Source of the DNA: Leucoraja erinacea
Lineage: Eukaryota
Direction: 5' to 3'
DNA: 64,000 nt
Assembly (NCBI RefSeq): GCF_028641065.1
Contig: NC_073400.1
Location: forward strand, 19,468,001 to 19,532,000
This document shows positions 1 to 11,154 of the stretch, piece by piece. The first letter of the stretch is position 1, and every line of letters starts with the position of its first letter. Both the position numbers and the translations under genes were made by a program. The notes beneath the pieces are model-generated. The model was not told the origin of the DNA. It did no database searches and saw nothing but the letters and a program-made list of their open reading frames with translations.

Positions 1-1316
1 GACAGGATGGATCATGAGTAAACTTTCAGGACTCTGCAAGTGTTTGGACTAAGGCCGCATTTCGTAGCCCAAGTCTGGCTTTTGTAAGCTGCTGCAGAGA
101 GTCTCGTAAACGTTAACGGATCCTTGCTGGGGCCTCTTCACTAGGAGAATGCGCCAAGGATGTCCCATATCTGGTCAGCTGTGAGCCTTGTAAAAACTAG
201 GTTGGCCAAATATTTACTGTGAGCAATTAAAGACCCCAAAATCTGGTCACTTACTGCCAACCTGCTCCTCCTCAGAGGGAGGGGGTGGTGTAGCCACGAG
301 AGTGTCCAGTCCTCCCCCCTGTCACGATGGGTGTCAGAGATGCTCGTGAGCGTGGAGCGATTCCGACCGGGCTTAACCCGGCTCCACTGGAATTGCTCAC
401 TAGACCCAAGGCCCGGAATCTTTCCCGGGAGCCGGTCCCACACAACATGAGCCGTCTCTCCGAGATAGCCAACGCGCCGTGATGCAGGGAAACGCTTGCT
501 GTCCGGACACGCCTTGGTGGGCTGTTCCATTGTCCGACCGCGGGGAGGGTCCCCAGTGGAGGTCTCTCTCTCTCTGTCTCTGTGAGTCCTCTCCCTTTAT
601 ATCGGGGACTCGGGGTGTTGTACACAACCGTGCCATGTAATAGATTTGTACATGGATCATGGTCACGCCAGCCGCCTGTCACTGTGTGTACGTGGAGTGT
701 GAGAGGTTGCAGTCCCTGTGGGAGTATTACACGAGGCTGCTCCTCTGATTTGGCTGTATTTCAGCCCCACGCTCCTACCCTTTGGTTACCCAATACGGAG
801 GGGGGCCATTCGGGTCAGTGATGGCTGGGGGGGGGTACCTGGGGGGGGGGGGGATCCCCTTAGCCACAAGGGGTGAACTGGCCTCAACTACCCTCTGTGG
901 TTGTGTGAAAAAAAGTTGCCCAATACGGAGGGGGTGGGTCTGGGGGGGGGGGGGGGGGGGGGGTCTCTCCCTGTCGGTTTGCTCCTGGGGCCTGGCCAAG
1001 GTGGCCATTGTTGGGTCCTGGGGATGGGCAGTGAGGTCTCTACCCAAGTCGCTCACGGGCTTACTTCTGTGCCCGCATGTCCCTGGAGAGGGAACACACG
1101 GTGTTCACGGGGACTCCATACAATTTGATCACCGCAGGGTCTCGAATGTATCGTGGAGTTAAATATATTGTAATTTGATGCCTGTTGTTTACAAACTGCA
1201 CGAACAGCAGTATTGATAAATGTAATACCATGATAATTGTGCAAACATATTGTGACTATGCAGAAAACTCCCCTGTAAAGGCAAAAAAAAGAACTTAAAA
1301 TCAGGCACGTGATTAC

Positions 1317-1455
1317 CAATTTCATGAGCGACGGTGAAGGCACTCTGAAGGCCGATGTCCTGGACCACGGCACAGTTCTGACCACCATCCACCTCACACA
1401 CCGTCCCAATGTGGCCAAGCCCCAGCGACTCGCAGAAGTTTTCCTGACAGAGGTT
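1317..1455 (-). CDS. ADAMTS-like exon ending in the start of the zinc-binding motif (HEIG)
   Basis: 139 nt; acceptor ccgtcag, donor GTAATC; NLCQENFCESLGLGHIGTVCEVDGGQNCAVVQDIGLQSAFTVAHEI(G). Confidence 0.9.
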
Positions 1456-4400
1456 CTGACGGGTCAATGGCACCGAGGTGTTAATGCTGTTAGATATTGT
1501 ACAGACTGTGTACAGTGAGAGTGTGCAGAGAAAGAGGGTGCATAGACAGTGTATGGTCAGTTTACAGAGAGAGTGTACAGGGACAATGGACAGAGAGTCA
1601 TTGTACTTAGAGAGATAGTACAGCCAGTGTAGAGATACACAGAGACCATGTGCAGGGTATACAGAGATTTTATAGAGTGTGCAGAGAGAGTGTACAGCGA
1701 GCGCGTACAGTCAGCAGGGCCGGATTTAGATGAAGAGAGGCCCTAAGCTATTTCTCTTGGGAGGCCACCCCCCCCCTCCCAATCCCCCACCCCCACAACT
1801 ACAAGGCCATGACTACCCGAAAGTGACAGTGTGACACTTTTAGATCCTACTGTATGTTATCATTGAACAGTTGGTTTCAAAATCCATATTGGATTCACCG
1901 CGGAGCCTTACCTGGATCGCCATTTGAAGCTGGAGTGTTGGGCCTGTGGCAGGGATGGAGGTTGGGGCCGGAGGAAGGCAGGTGAGTGGACTGAGGTCGA
2001 GGCGATGTCTAGTGGAGGGGTGGTGGGTGGTCAGGGGGGAAGGGGTATGAGGACTGTAGTGTGGGTGGGGAAGAGCTGGGGTCACATGGTTTGAGGGGAA
2101 TGGGGAAGACCCAGTGGAACAGCCACTGAGGTTACCAGGGTTGGGGGGCCTAGCACTAAGACCCAGCGCAGTCAAACCCAGGGGAGTGGGAGTCTGCAGC
2201 GTGGAAACTTCAGGCCCGGTGCTGAGTCCAGGCTGCAGGTAAGGAGACTGCTGCGGGCTGCTGGAGGGCGGTGGAGTGGCTAGGGTCATCGGGCAAAGAG
2301 TAGGAGGTCCCGGTGGGCTGATGGTCAGTGAGGCAGCGAGGTGAGTAGCCCCCCCTAGATCTCGAGGCTCTAAGCTTAAGCTTGTCTACCTTATACGTAA
2401 ATCCGGCCCTGACAGTCAGTGTACAGACAGTGTACAGAGAGAGTGTATAGAGATTATGTAGAGGGTGTACAGAGACTTGTCGAGTGTGGAAAGAGAGCGT
2501 ACAGAGAACGCATGGAGAGAGTTTAGAGATAGGGATATGACGCGGAAACAGGCCCTTCGGCCCACCGAGTCCCGACGCCGACCCCTACACACACTAGGGA
2601 CAATTTTTACATTTGCACGCCTTTGGAGTGTGGGAGGAAAGCGAAGATCTCGGAGAAAACCCACGTGGTCACGGGGAGAACGTACAAACTCCAAACAGAC
2701 AGGACCCGTAGTCAGGATCGAACTCGGGTCTTTGGTGCTGAAAGCGCTGTAAGGCAGCAACTCTACCGCAGTCAGTGTACAGGGGCAGTGTACGGAGACA
2801 GTGTATAGAGACAGTCAGTGTACAGAGAGAGTCAGTGTACAGATATCCCCCCTGAGAGCGAGGGACTCTGTGACACCGATCAGTGTACAGAGATGAATGT
2901 AATACCATGATAAAAGAATTACGACTGCAAGAAACTCCCTTGTAAAGACTAAAAAAGGATTGTAAAACATGCATGAGTGATTACCAAATTCATGAGCGAT
3001 GGGGAAGGCGCTCTGAAGGCCAATGTCCTGGACCATGGTGCAGTGTAGACAGATTATGTTGGAACATTTGTACCTATTTTTATGAGTTGTTGTCACAGTG
3101 TTTGTGTGTGTGGTTACTGAAGCAGAATTGTGGTCTTGAGCGGATTTGTGAGAGGCAACTCAGAAAGCTTTGGTTCTGTCTGACCACATTGTATTTGTCA
3201 GCAGTTCCAGAGCCTCCTTGATTTTTTATTGCTGCTTTAAGGTCCTTTGCAAAGGAATGTGGCAGAGCCCAATAAACAAGGGCTGCCAAAAATAAGAGAG
3301 GAGAGAGGGAGGGAGGGGTGGAGAGAGGGGCAGAGAAGGGTGGAGAGAGGGAGAGAGGAGTGGAGAGAGGGGGAGAGAATAGTGGAGGGAGATGGAAGGA
3401 AGGGAGGTGAGAGATATAGGGTGAGAGTGAGGGAGAATGAGTGGGAGGGGGGGGAGCGAGAGAGAGAGGGATAGAGAGAGAGAGGCAAAGAGAGAGAATT
3501 GAGAGGTTAAAGAGGGAAAGGGGAGTGAAAAGTGTTGGGAGAGAGAGAGAGTGTAAGAGAGAACAGAGGAAGGGAGAGATTGGGGGAAGGAGGGGGATCG
3601 AGAGAGAGAAGGAGGGTGAGATTGAGAGAGTGTGTGTTCGACCCCATGTGAGTGTGACTCTGACAAGTGACTCTGAGCTGGGCGGCCTTGCTGTGACAGT
3701 GAATCCTGTGAATGTGAGCACGGTGTCACACCATTGATTGTGAGTCCTGTCTGTCTGATCCAGGTAAGTGTGAGCACAGCAAGAATGGTGAGCATGAGTG
3801 ATCCTGGCAGCTGTAAGCAATGTGGGTGTGGGTCCAGTAAGTGTGACCCAGTGATGTGACTGTGGTGAGTGTGACCACAGATTTAATGCAAGATGAGTGC
3901 GAAGCTAAGTACAGAGGATTGAGAATGGCGAGTGTACGCTGGCAGATGTGACTGAGTGTGCCCCTGCAGGTGTGATTTTATGAGTGTTGGCAGTGTGACC
4001 CGGCAGGTGTATGCAGCCAGTCTGACACAGTGTAAACATTGATGTGCAGGGACAGCAAATGTGTCCCAATCAGCCTGAGTTGGCGAGTGACCCAGGATGT
4101 GTGCCCTGGTGAGTGTGTCACTGTAAGTGTGTCAAGGTAAATGTTCCCATCGAGTGTGCCCTGGTGAATGTGCCTTTGTGGGTGCACTGATGGATGTGCT
4201 ACGGTGTGTGTCATGATGTGTGTGCCCTAGCCTCAGTGCACAGACCCCAGTGAGTGTGCCCTGGTGAGTGTGCCCCAGTGGGTGTGCCCTGGTGAGTGTG
4301 CCCCAGTGAGTGTGCCCCAGTGAGTGTGCCCCAGTGGGTGTGCCCTGGTGAGTGTGCCCAGTGGTTAGGTGAGTGCCCCAGTGAGTGAGTGTGCCCCAGT

Positions 4401-4953
4401 GAGTGTGCCCTGGTGGGTGTGCCCCAGTGAGTGTGCCCTGGTTAGTGTGCCCCAGTGAGTGTGCCCCAGTGGGTGTGCCCTGGTGAGTGTGCCCTGGTGG
4501 GTGTGCCCTGGTGGGTGTGCCCTGGTGGGTGTGCCCTACCTCTCGTGTCAGCAGCAGGGCAGCATCGTACGGTGCCTCTCCCCAGTCTCCCATTTGCCGC
4601 CGTTCCCGCTGCCAGCGGCAGAAGGCGTGCAGAGTTTGCCTGGCGTCGGGAACGACCCGCGGACCCATGGCCTGGTCCCACACCACCTCCAGCCGGCTGA
4701 CCACCAGCCTCACTGCGCTGCCCAGCGACGGGTGCCGGTACAGCCGATCCGCCGCTCCCAGCAGCGCCAGCACATAGGGGCGCACCTCCCCACCCAGTGC
4801 GTGCGCCAGACCCACGTCCACCACCACCAGCAGCTCCACCCGCCGCAGCCGGGACGTGCCCACCACCATCCCCTGCTGCCCTCGTGCCCCCGGCTGCCTC
4901 CTCGCCCCCAACACCAGCAAGCACCACAGTCCCAGCGACCGTCCCAACATCAT
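1317..4953 (-). CDS. ADAMTS-family (ADAMTS4-like) zinc metalloprotease, 5' part; coding exons 4953-4540 and 1455-1317, continuing beyond position 1
   Basis: The exon translations match the ADAMTS1/4 reprolysin domain (VELLVVVD...HPSL...LVVSRL...FCRWQ...YDAALLLTRE | NLC...LGLGHIGTVC...CAVV.D.GLQSAFTVAHEIG). GT-AG boundaries have phases 0 and 1, as in ADAMTS4. ADAMTS4 identity is inferred from proximity to NDUFS2/FCER1G; the sequence is too divergent to assign a symbol. Confidence 0.85.
1715..2411. mobile_element. Non-autonomous hAT-type DNA transposon (MITE)
   Basis: TIRs CAGGGCCGGATTTA...TAAATCCGGCCCTG with a perfect 8-bp TSD ACAGTCAG (1707-1714, 2412-2419). Confidence 0.9.
2880..3045 (-). 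pseudogene. Partial intragenic duplicate of the ADAMTS HEIG exon 3' half plus its downstream intron
   Basis: CTMVQDIGLQSAFPIAHEFG followed by GTAATC, and flanking intron similar to ~1215-1375. The 5' half of the exon and its acceptor are absent. Confidence 0.8.
4150..4538. repeat. ~14-bp minisatellite (GTGAGTGTGCCCCA / GTGGGTGTGCCCTG)
   Basis: Tandem copies are visible directly and run up to the ADAMTS splice donor. Confidence 0.9.
4540..4953 (-). CDS. ADAMTS-like exon: putative signal peptide, short linker and N-terminal half of the metalloprotease domain
   Basis: MMLGRSLGLWCLLVLGARRQPGARGQQGMVVGTSRLRRVELLVVVD...YDAALLLTRE. Donor GTAGGG at 4539. Pyrimidine-rich acceptor (ctcacccctgcag) immediately upstream of 4975. 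Confidence 0.85.
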
Positions 4954-5209
4954 CCCCAAAACCCTCGCCTCCCCACTGCAGGGGTGAGCAGGGGTGTCGA
5001 GGGTGAAGAGGGCAGGGTAGGGATGTGCAGCGTGGCGTGGCGGGGCCTGGCACAGCCTGGCACGGTGCTGGAACCCTGGTCCGTAATCGGAGGCTGCTTA
5101 CAAGACGTCCCGAGCCCAAGATCAAGCTCCAGATGACACGTCCCATCCACGAGGTAGGCGGGAGCGAGGAGTGCAGCCAGAAACTCTCAAAGTTGGCAGC
5201 CTGTCCCTC

Positions 5210-5830
5210 TCAGTGTTAACCCTCTCCCCATCCACATCCCGGGCAGACCGTTCCCCATACGAGTAAATTAACCCTTCCCCACCCACACCCGGGGCACCCG
5301 CTCCCTCTCAGTGTAAACTCTCTCCCCATCCACACCCAGCAACCCATTCCCCATTGAAGAGGGCGAACCCCCCTCTCTCCGCACACATCCCAGGCAGATT
5401 ACTGCCTCTTCACAAGGGATTCATCCTCTCAATCACCATTCACTATGTAAGGACACCTGGCAGCACGTTCCCTGCCAGAGAGGATTAACCAGCTGAAAAT
5501 TAAGGACATCAAGCTGCCCGCTCCCTGTCAGAGGAGATTAACCCTCTCACCTCCATCCACATCCCTGGCTCCCGTTACCCATCAGTTAAACTCTCTCCCT
5601 GTCCACACTGCAGGCCACCCGTTCCACATCCGTGAGATTAACCCTCTCAACCCATCTCCTCACCCCCTTTCACAGGGGTTTAACCCTCTCACTCAGAGGA
5701 GATTAACCTCTCATTCGCCACTCGCAAGGTAAGCATGTTCCCTGCCAGAGGGGATTAACGTTCTCACCCCCTATCTCCACCCACACTCAGACATTAGTTC
5801 CCAGTCAGGGGGGATTACCCCGCTCACAAT
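5210..5830. repeat. Degenerate ~55-60 bp tandem repeat with a TTAACCCTCTC core
   Basis: Recurrent (GA)TTAACCCTCTC...CCACA motifs at roughly regular spacing. Confidence 0.6.
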
Positions 5831-7286
5831 GTAAGGACGTTGCAGAGCCAGTTCTGTGAAGTACACATTAGTCGCTGAACGACACTGGGAATAATTGATT
5901 CAATATGTACCTCCGCTTGCAGATCTGTGTGCCAGATGCTGTCTCCAAAGTTGAGTCGGCCTTGGCACACGTCCCTGCGCTATCTGTTACCCGACTGAAA
6001 TTCTTGAAATAATTATCTTGATCGTAATGTTTTGAACAGAATAATGCCACATGTACAAAAGTTATATTGAATTCACACGGACAGTAACATGATTGGAAAC
6101 AGAGTTCCCTCTCACACACACACTGACATCCTGATTCTTGGTTTCCTGCTCCTCCAAGATTATTCCAAATGGAATTTAAACTGGAGGTGGCGGATCACTA
6201 ATAAAAGAATGTTCCTCACACCAGGCCTCACACAAACGGACATCGCAACTGAAGGAGCATTGGCACTGGCAAATGCAGGTGCTGCTTTACAAGAAAAGAG
6301 ACAAGGTGCTGGAGGAAATTAGTGACTCAGGTAGCATTTTCGGAGAATGTGATGTTTTTCCTCGCGACTCTTCTTCAGAATGGAAGGTTCCCACACACCT
6401 GGACTCACACTGAAATGACCACTTCTTCTTGCGTATGCCATGCACAGCCTAAAGTTGTAGGACAACTTGTTCCATTTGATCTTACTTGATTGTGCACGTC
6501 AGGTTGATTGCATTCGTCGATACAGGGCGGACCACGTGAAGGTTGCAATCTCTCACCCCAAATGACCACTGTGCCCTGCCAATGGGAAACGGGCTGCCCT
6601 GTATATGGATGGGAGAGGTGGGTGAGAGTTAATGTTCCTGGGATGATTCATTTGTTTGTGTTTGTGGCTCTCTCTCTCTGGTTACTCTGCCACGTTTTGG
6701 AAGGAGTTTAATCATTTTTTTTCTTAGTTCTGTTATTTGATCTCCTCTTACAATGCTGATGTTGGCTTCACTCTGTGTCCCAGTTGGCTCAGCTCTCTGT
6801 GTGGTCAGTCTTGCGTGTATCGTTCCCCGGCTGTCTGTGGACTATGCGCAGGTGGCCAGACCTTGTTTAATCTCCTTCTTCTCTTCCCACAATGGTGTGG
6901 GCAATCTCCTGAGGACAGGTAGAGAGAGAAGGGGGTCAGATATAGGGGAGGAGTGGGGAATTTGAGAAAGAGAGAGAGGGGACAACACGACCAAAGCTGC
7001 CTTTGTGGCAGTTTACAAAGATACAGACATCAATTTTACAATAACGTCATCATCATCAACAATAAACTCAGCCTCCCATGGCGAAGGCCTCTAAAGTCCC
7101 CGTGGGCACCGCGTGTTCCATCTCCAGGGACACGCGGGCACGGACATAGGCACGGAAAAGGGGCAGGTAGCCGTCCCTGGTGTGGCCATCGACTACCAGC
7201 TGCCTGGACCCGCAAATGGCCATGTCTAAAATCAATATACAGCGCAAACAGGAAGTGTTGAAGATTATACTTTTAATTATATAGAT

Positions 7287-8297
7287 AACTATACTAAGTG
7301 GGACCCGTTGGGTCACATGTTCACACGGGAGGGCTGGTCCACCAACACAACATTCCACCTCTCCACAAATTCCAAGATTGCTGGCCAGTTGGGGGGGGGG
7401 GGGGGGGGCTTTCTGCAGCACTGGCATGGGTGTTGTGGGCCAAAGGGACTGGTTTCCAGAGGGCTAATATGGATATTGTGGGCCAAATGGATTCTTGGGC
7501 TGGAAGCTCAGTCACTCAGGCCTGGCAGCTCAGTAACTCAGGCCTGGCAGCTCAGCAACTCAGGCCTGACAGGTCAGAAACGTCCAGAAATTCTGCCGAA
7601 AACAGACGAGAGACTGTTAGAGGGACGGGGGAGAGGGTTGGCAATCAATTTTAACCATTTTCATCTTTTTTTACAGTTGCAAAAGGCATAGTGTTGAAAT
7701 AGGCACACAGTTGCAAAAGGCACAGTTTAAAATACATAAAGGGTACTCACAAGTCAGTATACTCAGTGTTCTGTACATTTCCAGCTCAGGCTGAGAGCCT
7801 TTCACTCCCCATCTTGTAGAGACGGAGCTTTTCATTTCAAACCAACCACATTTTCTTTTCAATTCAAACTAACCACCGTTCAAACTTGATTATCAAACGA
7901 CAATAAGGGCACTCACAGGTCAGTAAAACGACACTCACAGTTTAGTAGACATGTGTTCAGTGTTATTCCCAGCTCAGACTGAGAGATGTGACCTCTCGTT
8001 CCCCCATCTTGCAGAGACTGAGGCACGTCCACACTTCCGGGTTTTATAGTCCCTCCCTACTCCCACTGAAAGTGGCATGACCTCCATGACGTGATTGACA
8101 GGAGAGAATCTCAACATTTTTTAAACATTAATAAGTTTTTTTTTCATCGATGGGAAAAATCCTCTGGTCCTGCGGAGTGGAGGGGGACTCTGAGTAAGAT
8201 GGCCAAAAGTCACAGCCGTAAGTGGTAGTGTTTTTTGTAAAATCAATATGCGGTGCAAACAGGAATTGGTTAAGATCAGACTTTTAATTATATAGAT
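7287..8297 (+). mobile_element. Non-autonomous Helitron/Helentron-like (HINE-type) element; a second truncated copy ends at ~7286
   Basis: Starts with ACTATACTAAGTGGGACCCGTTGGGTC (short hairpin) and ends with ...CTTTTAATTATATAGAT. The same 3' end occurs at 7225-7286. The class assignment is inferred. Confidence 0.45.
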
Positions 8298-8776
8298 ATC
8301 ACTAGCAAAGAAGGTTAAGAAAAATTCCATTTAATTTTATAAATGTGAGTGAGTGAGTGAGAGAGTATCCAGGTGGAATAGTTTGGCCCATGAAGGACCA
8401 AGGGAGCAATCTATGCATGGAACCAGAGTGTGAATGAAATCTTAAATTTATACATTAGAGATACAGTGCAGAAACAGGCTCTTCAGCTCACTTAGTCCGT
8501 GGCGACCATGTTCTGGGATCATTCTGGGTCTGGGTCTCTGGTGCTATAAGGTCGTAACTCTACCGCTACGCCACTGTGTTGCCCAAAATCCTTCCCATCT
8601 GCATTCACTAAGGACAAAGACGTACAGGTGGAGAATTCAGGAAGGGGATTGGGGTTATTCAAGAGTCAAGCGTGTTTTATTGTCATATGTCCCAGATAGA
8701 ACCATGAAATTCTTACTTGCAGCAGCCCAGCAGAATGTGTGTGCATATACACATACTCACTTATACACAGATAATC

Positions 8777-8821
<45 letters not shown>

Positions 8822-10866
8822 ACGTACATATAAACCAACAAATAATAATAGTGTCATAATAACAATAATAGTCTATGTAGTTCAGAGCTTATTTGGAGGT
8901 TGTAGTGTTTAATAGCCTAATGGCTGTTATTGCAGGACATGTATTCAGAATGTCACCAGAACGTGCGCCTAAGGTAGCAATGACATGGCAATGTGACAGA
9001 AGAATGAAAAGCGATTGACCAAAACACACATGGAGGCGAACATTCCAGAAGGATTTGGAAGCCCGGGACGCAAACCTATCGAGGGTGGAAGAGGTCGCAC
9101 TTAACCGAACAGAATGGTGAAAGCTTGCTGCCCAATGCACTCAACGGAGTGGGAGGAACTGCGTCTAAGTCTGAGTTGTGGCTGTAGGGAAGAAGCTGTT
9201 CCTGAACCTGGACGTTACTGTTTTCAGGCTCCTGTACCCTCTTCCCAATGGCAGGGGTGAAATGAATGTGTGACCAGGGTGGTGTCAGTCTCTGATGATG
9301 CTGGCTACATTTTTGAGGCAGTTCTTATATGAATCCCTTTGATGATGGGCAGGTCAGAACCCGTCATGGACTGGGCAGCGTGCACAACTTTTTACAGTAT
9401 CCTTCGCTCCTGGGCATTCAAGTTGCCGAACAAGGCTGAGATGCAACGTCAATATAGTCTATCTACTGTACACCTGTAGAAGTTCATCATAGTTTCATCA
9501 TTAGAAAGGTGGACGTGATGGCTTAGCAGGCTGAGAGGTGGATAAATCCCCAGGGCCTGATGAGGTATATCCTATTTGTGGAAGGCAAGGGAGGAAATTG
9601 CTGGATCTCGACCAATAATTTCAAATCTTTTACCAGCCACAGGTGAGGCATGAGACAAACGACTACAGGACAATGAATATTAAACCTTCATTCAAAGGGA
9701 CAGCAGGAATAAGTCTGGAAATTATCAGTCAGTGAGTCTATAATATCAATGGAAGGGTAGTCGCTAAAACAATTCCTATGGACAGGATTACGTTTGATTG
9801 AGATTTTTGAAGAAATAAGAAAAGGTGTTGATATGGACAGTGTGATTGATGTATAGGCAGGAACTGCAGATGCTGGTTTAAACCGAGGATACACACAAAA
9901 TGCTGGAGTAACTCAGCGGGACAGGCAGCATCTCTGGAGAGAAGGAATGGATGCGATACGGGTCTGAAGTAGGGCCTCGATCAGAAACGTCAACCATTCC
10001 ATCGCTCCAGTGTGATTGATGTCGTGTAGACAGACTTCAGCAAGGCCTTTGACAAGGTTCCATGTGGGATACTGCTGGTCAGCAAGGTAACAGCCCACAG
10101 GATCCAAAGCAAGTTTAATCCCACAAGTGTGTGATGCACTTTGGGCGGACTAACAAGGGTAGGACATACAGGGGGAGTAATGAGGAACAGAGGACCTTGG
10201 TATATTTCCAAAGCTGCCTGGAGGTGGCAGTACAGGGTTAAGAAAGGAGACTTGGGTGCTTAAGAGTAAAGGAGCAGGGAGGTTATGGTGCAACTTATAC
10301 CACATTATTCAGGCCACATTTGGAATATCATGTACACTTCTGGTCTCCACATTTACAGGAAGGACGGGATTGCACCATGAAGTGAATACAGCAGAGACTC
10401 CCCTGGATGTTGCCTGGCATAGAACTGATGAAGAAAGAGAGGGTTTAGGGCTGAGGGGGAGGAGATATAAAACGTAGGAATTATGAGGGGAATAGAGGGG
10501 GCATGTAAAGTCCACAGCTGAAGAGTCTGTAGCCAGAAAGCATAGGTTCAGGGTAAGCGGAAGGAGAATTTTTTGTTTCACCAGGATGGTTGCAACCTGG
10601 AACACACTGAGTGAGAGGGTGGTGGAGGAGGACATTCTAAATGCACGTGAATGGCCCAGGGATGTATGGTTATGGACAGTGCAGGGTTAGAAAAGTGGAA
10701 TGAGTAGTAATGGCTACTTGATAATCAGCATGGACACAGGAGGCAAAGATCCCATCCTGGGATACGGGTTACACATAGAGCATAGTTTCCTATGCACTGT
10801 TCCATCACATGATGGTCAGACACCCGGGGATCCACCACCCTCCCTAAACCTGATTCTCACTCTGAC

Positions 10867-11154
10867 CAAATGTGGTCTGTTTACAGACGCCCCTCAGCCA
10901 GATCTCTGCCATGCCCTCACTGACCAGATTCCTGACCTCACACCTGTACACAACGCCACCGACCTCTGCTGTGTGATCAACCTCTACTGTCTCTCCGTGT
11001 CCCCGGGGGTGATGGGTGCTGTCTTTTCCCAGAGGTTCTCGTCCCCTCCAGTACCTGAAGCTGGTGGGGTCGCCGGAGGTCACGGAGGAGGTCAAGGCAA
11101 AGTTACAGATCTCAGTGATGTTCTGAGCCTTAATCTGTGTAACTGCCACGGGCT
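10867..11154 (-). pseudogene. CD2/SLAM-family IgC2 (membrane-proximal) domain exon, copy 1; probably degenerate
   Basis: 288-nt open phase 1-1 exon with acceptor cttctctccgccccaacctcag and donor GTCAGA: EPVAVTQIKAQNITEICNFALTSSVTSGDPTSFRYWRG...GETVEV...YRCEVRNLVSEG...VCKQ. It fits the SLAM domain-2 pattern (C-x-x-x-LTC, YxCxxxNPVS, C-terminal C), but the B-strand Cys is Ser and NPVS is NLVS. Confidence 0.7.

Noticed and set aside
1-700. Minus-strand ORF-like text (141-530) as a possible next ADAMTS exon or retroviral gag
   Set aside because: No HxxxxxHD continuation of the zinc motif and no diagnostic gag motif, LTR or PBS that I can support.
3080-3820. Long Leu/Ser/Pro-rich and Glu/Arg/Gly-rich ORFs
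   Set aside because: Translations of GA/CT low-complexity intronic sequence.
4150-5830. CRISPR-like repeat arrays
   Set aside because: Eukaryotic context; the repeats are contiguous or degenerate, without unique spacers, and there are no cas genes.
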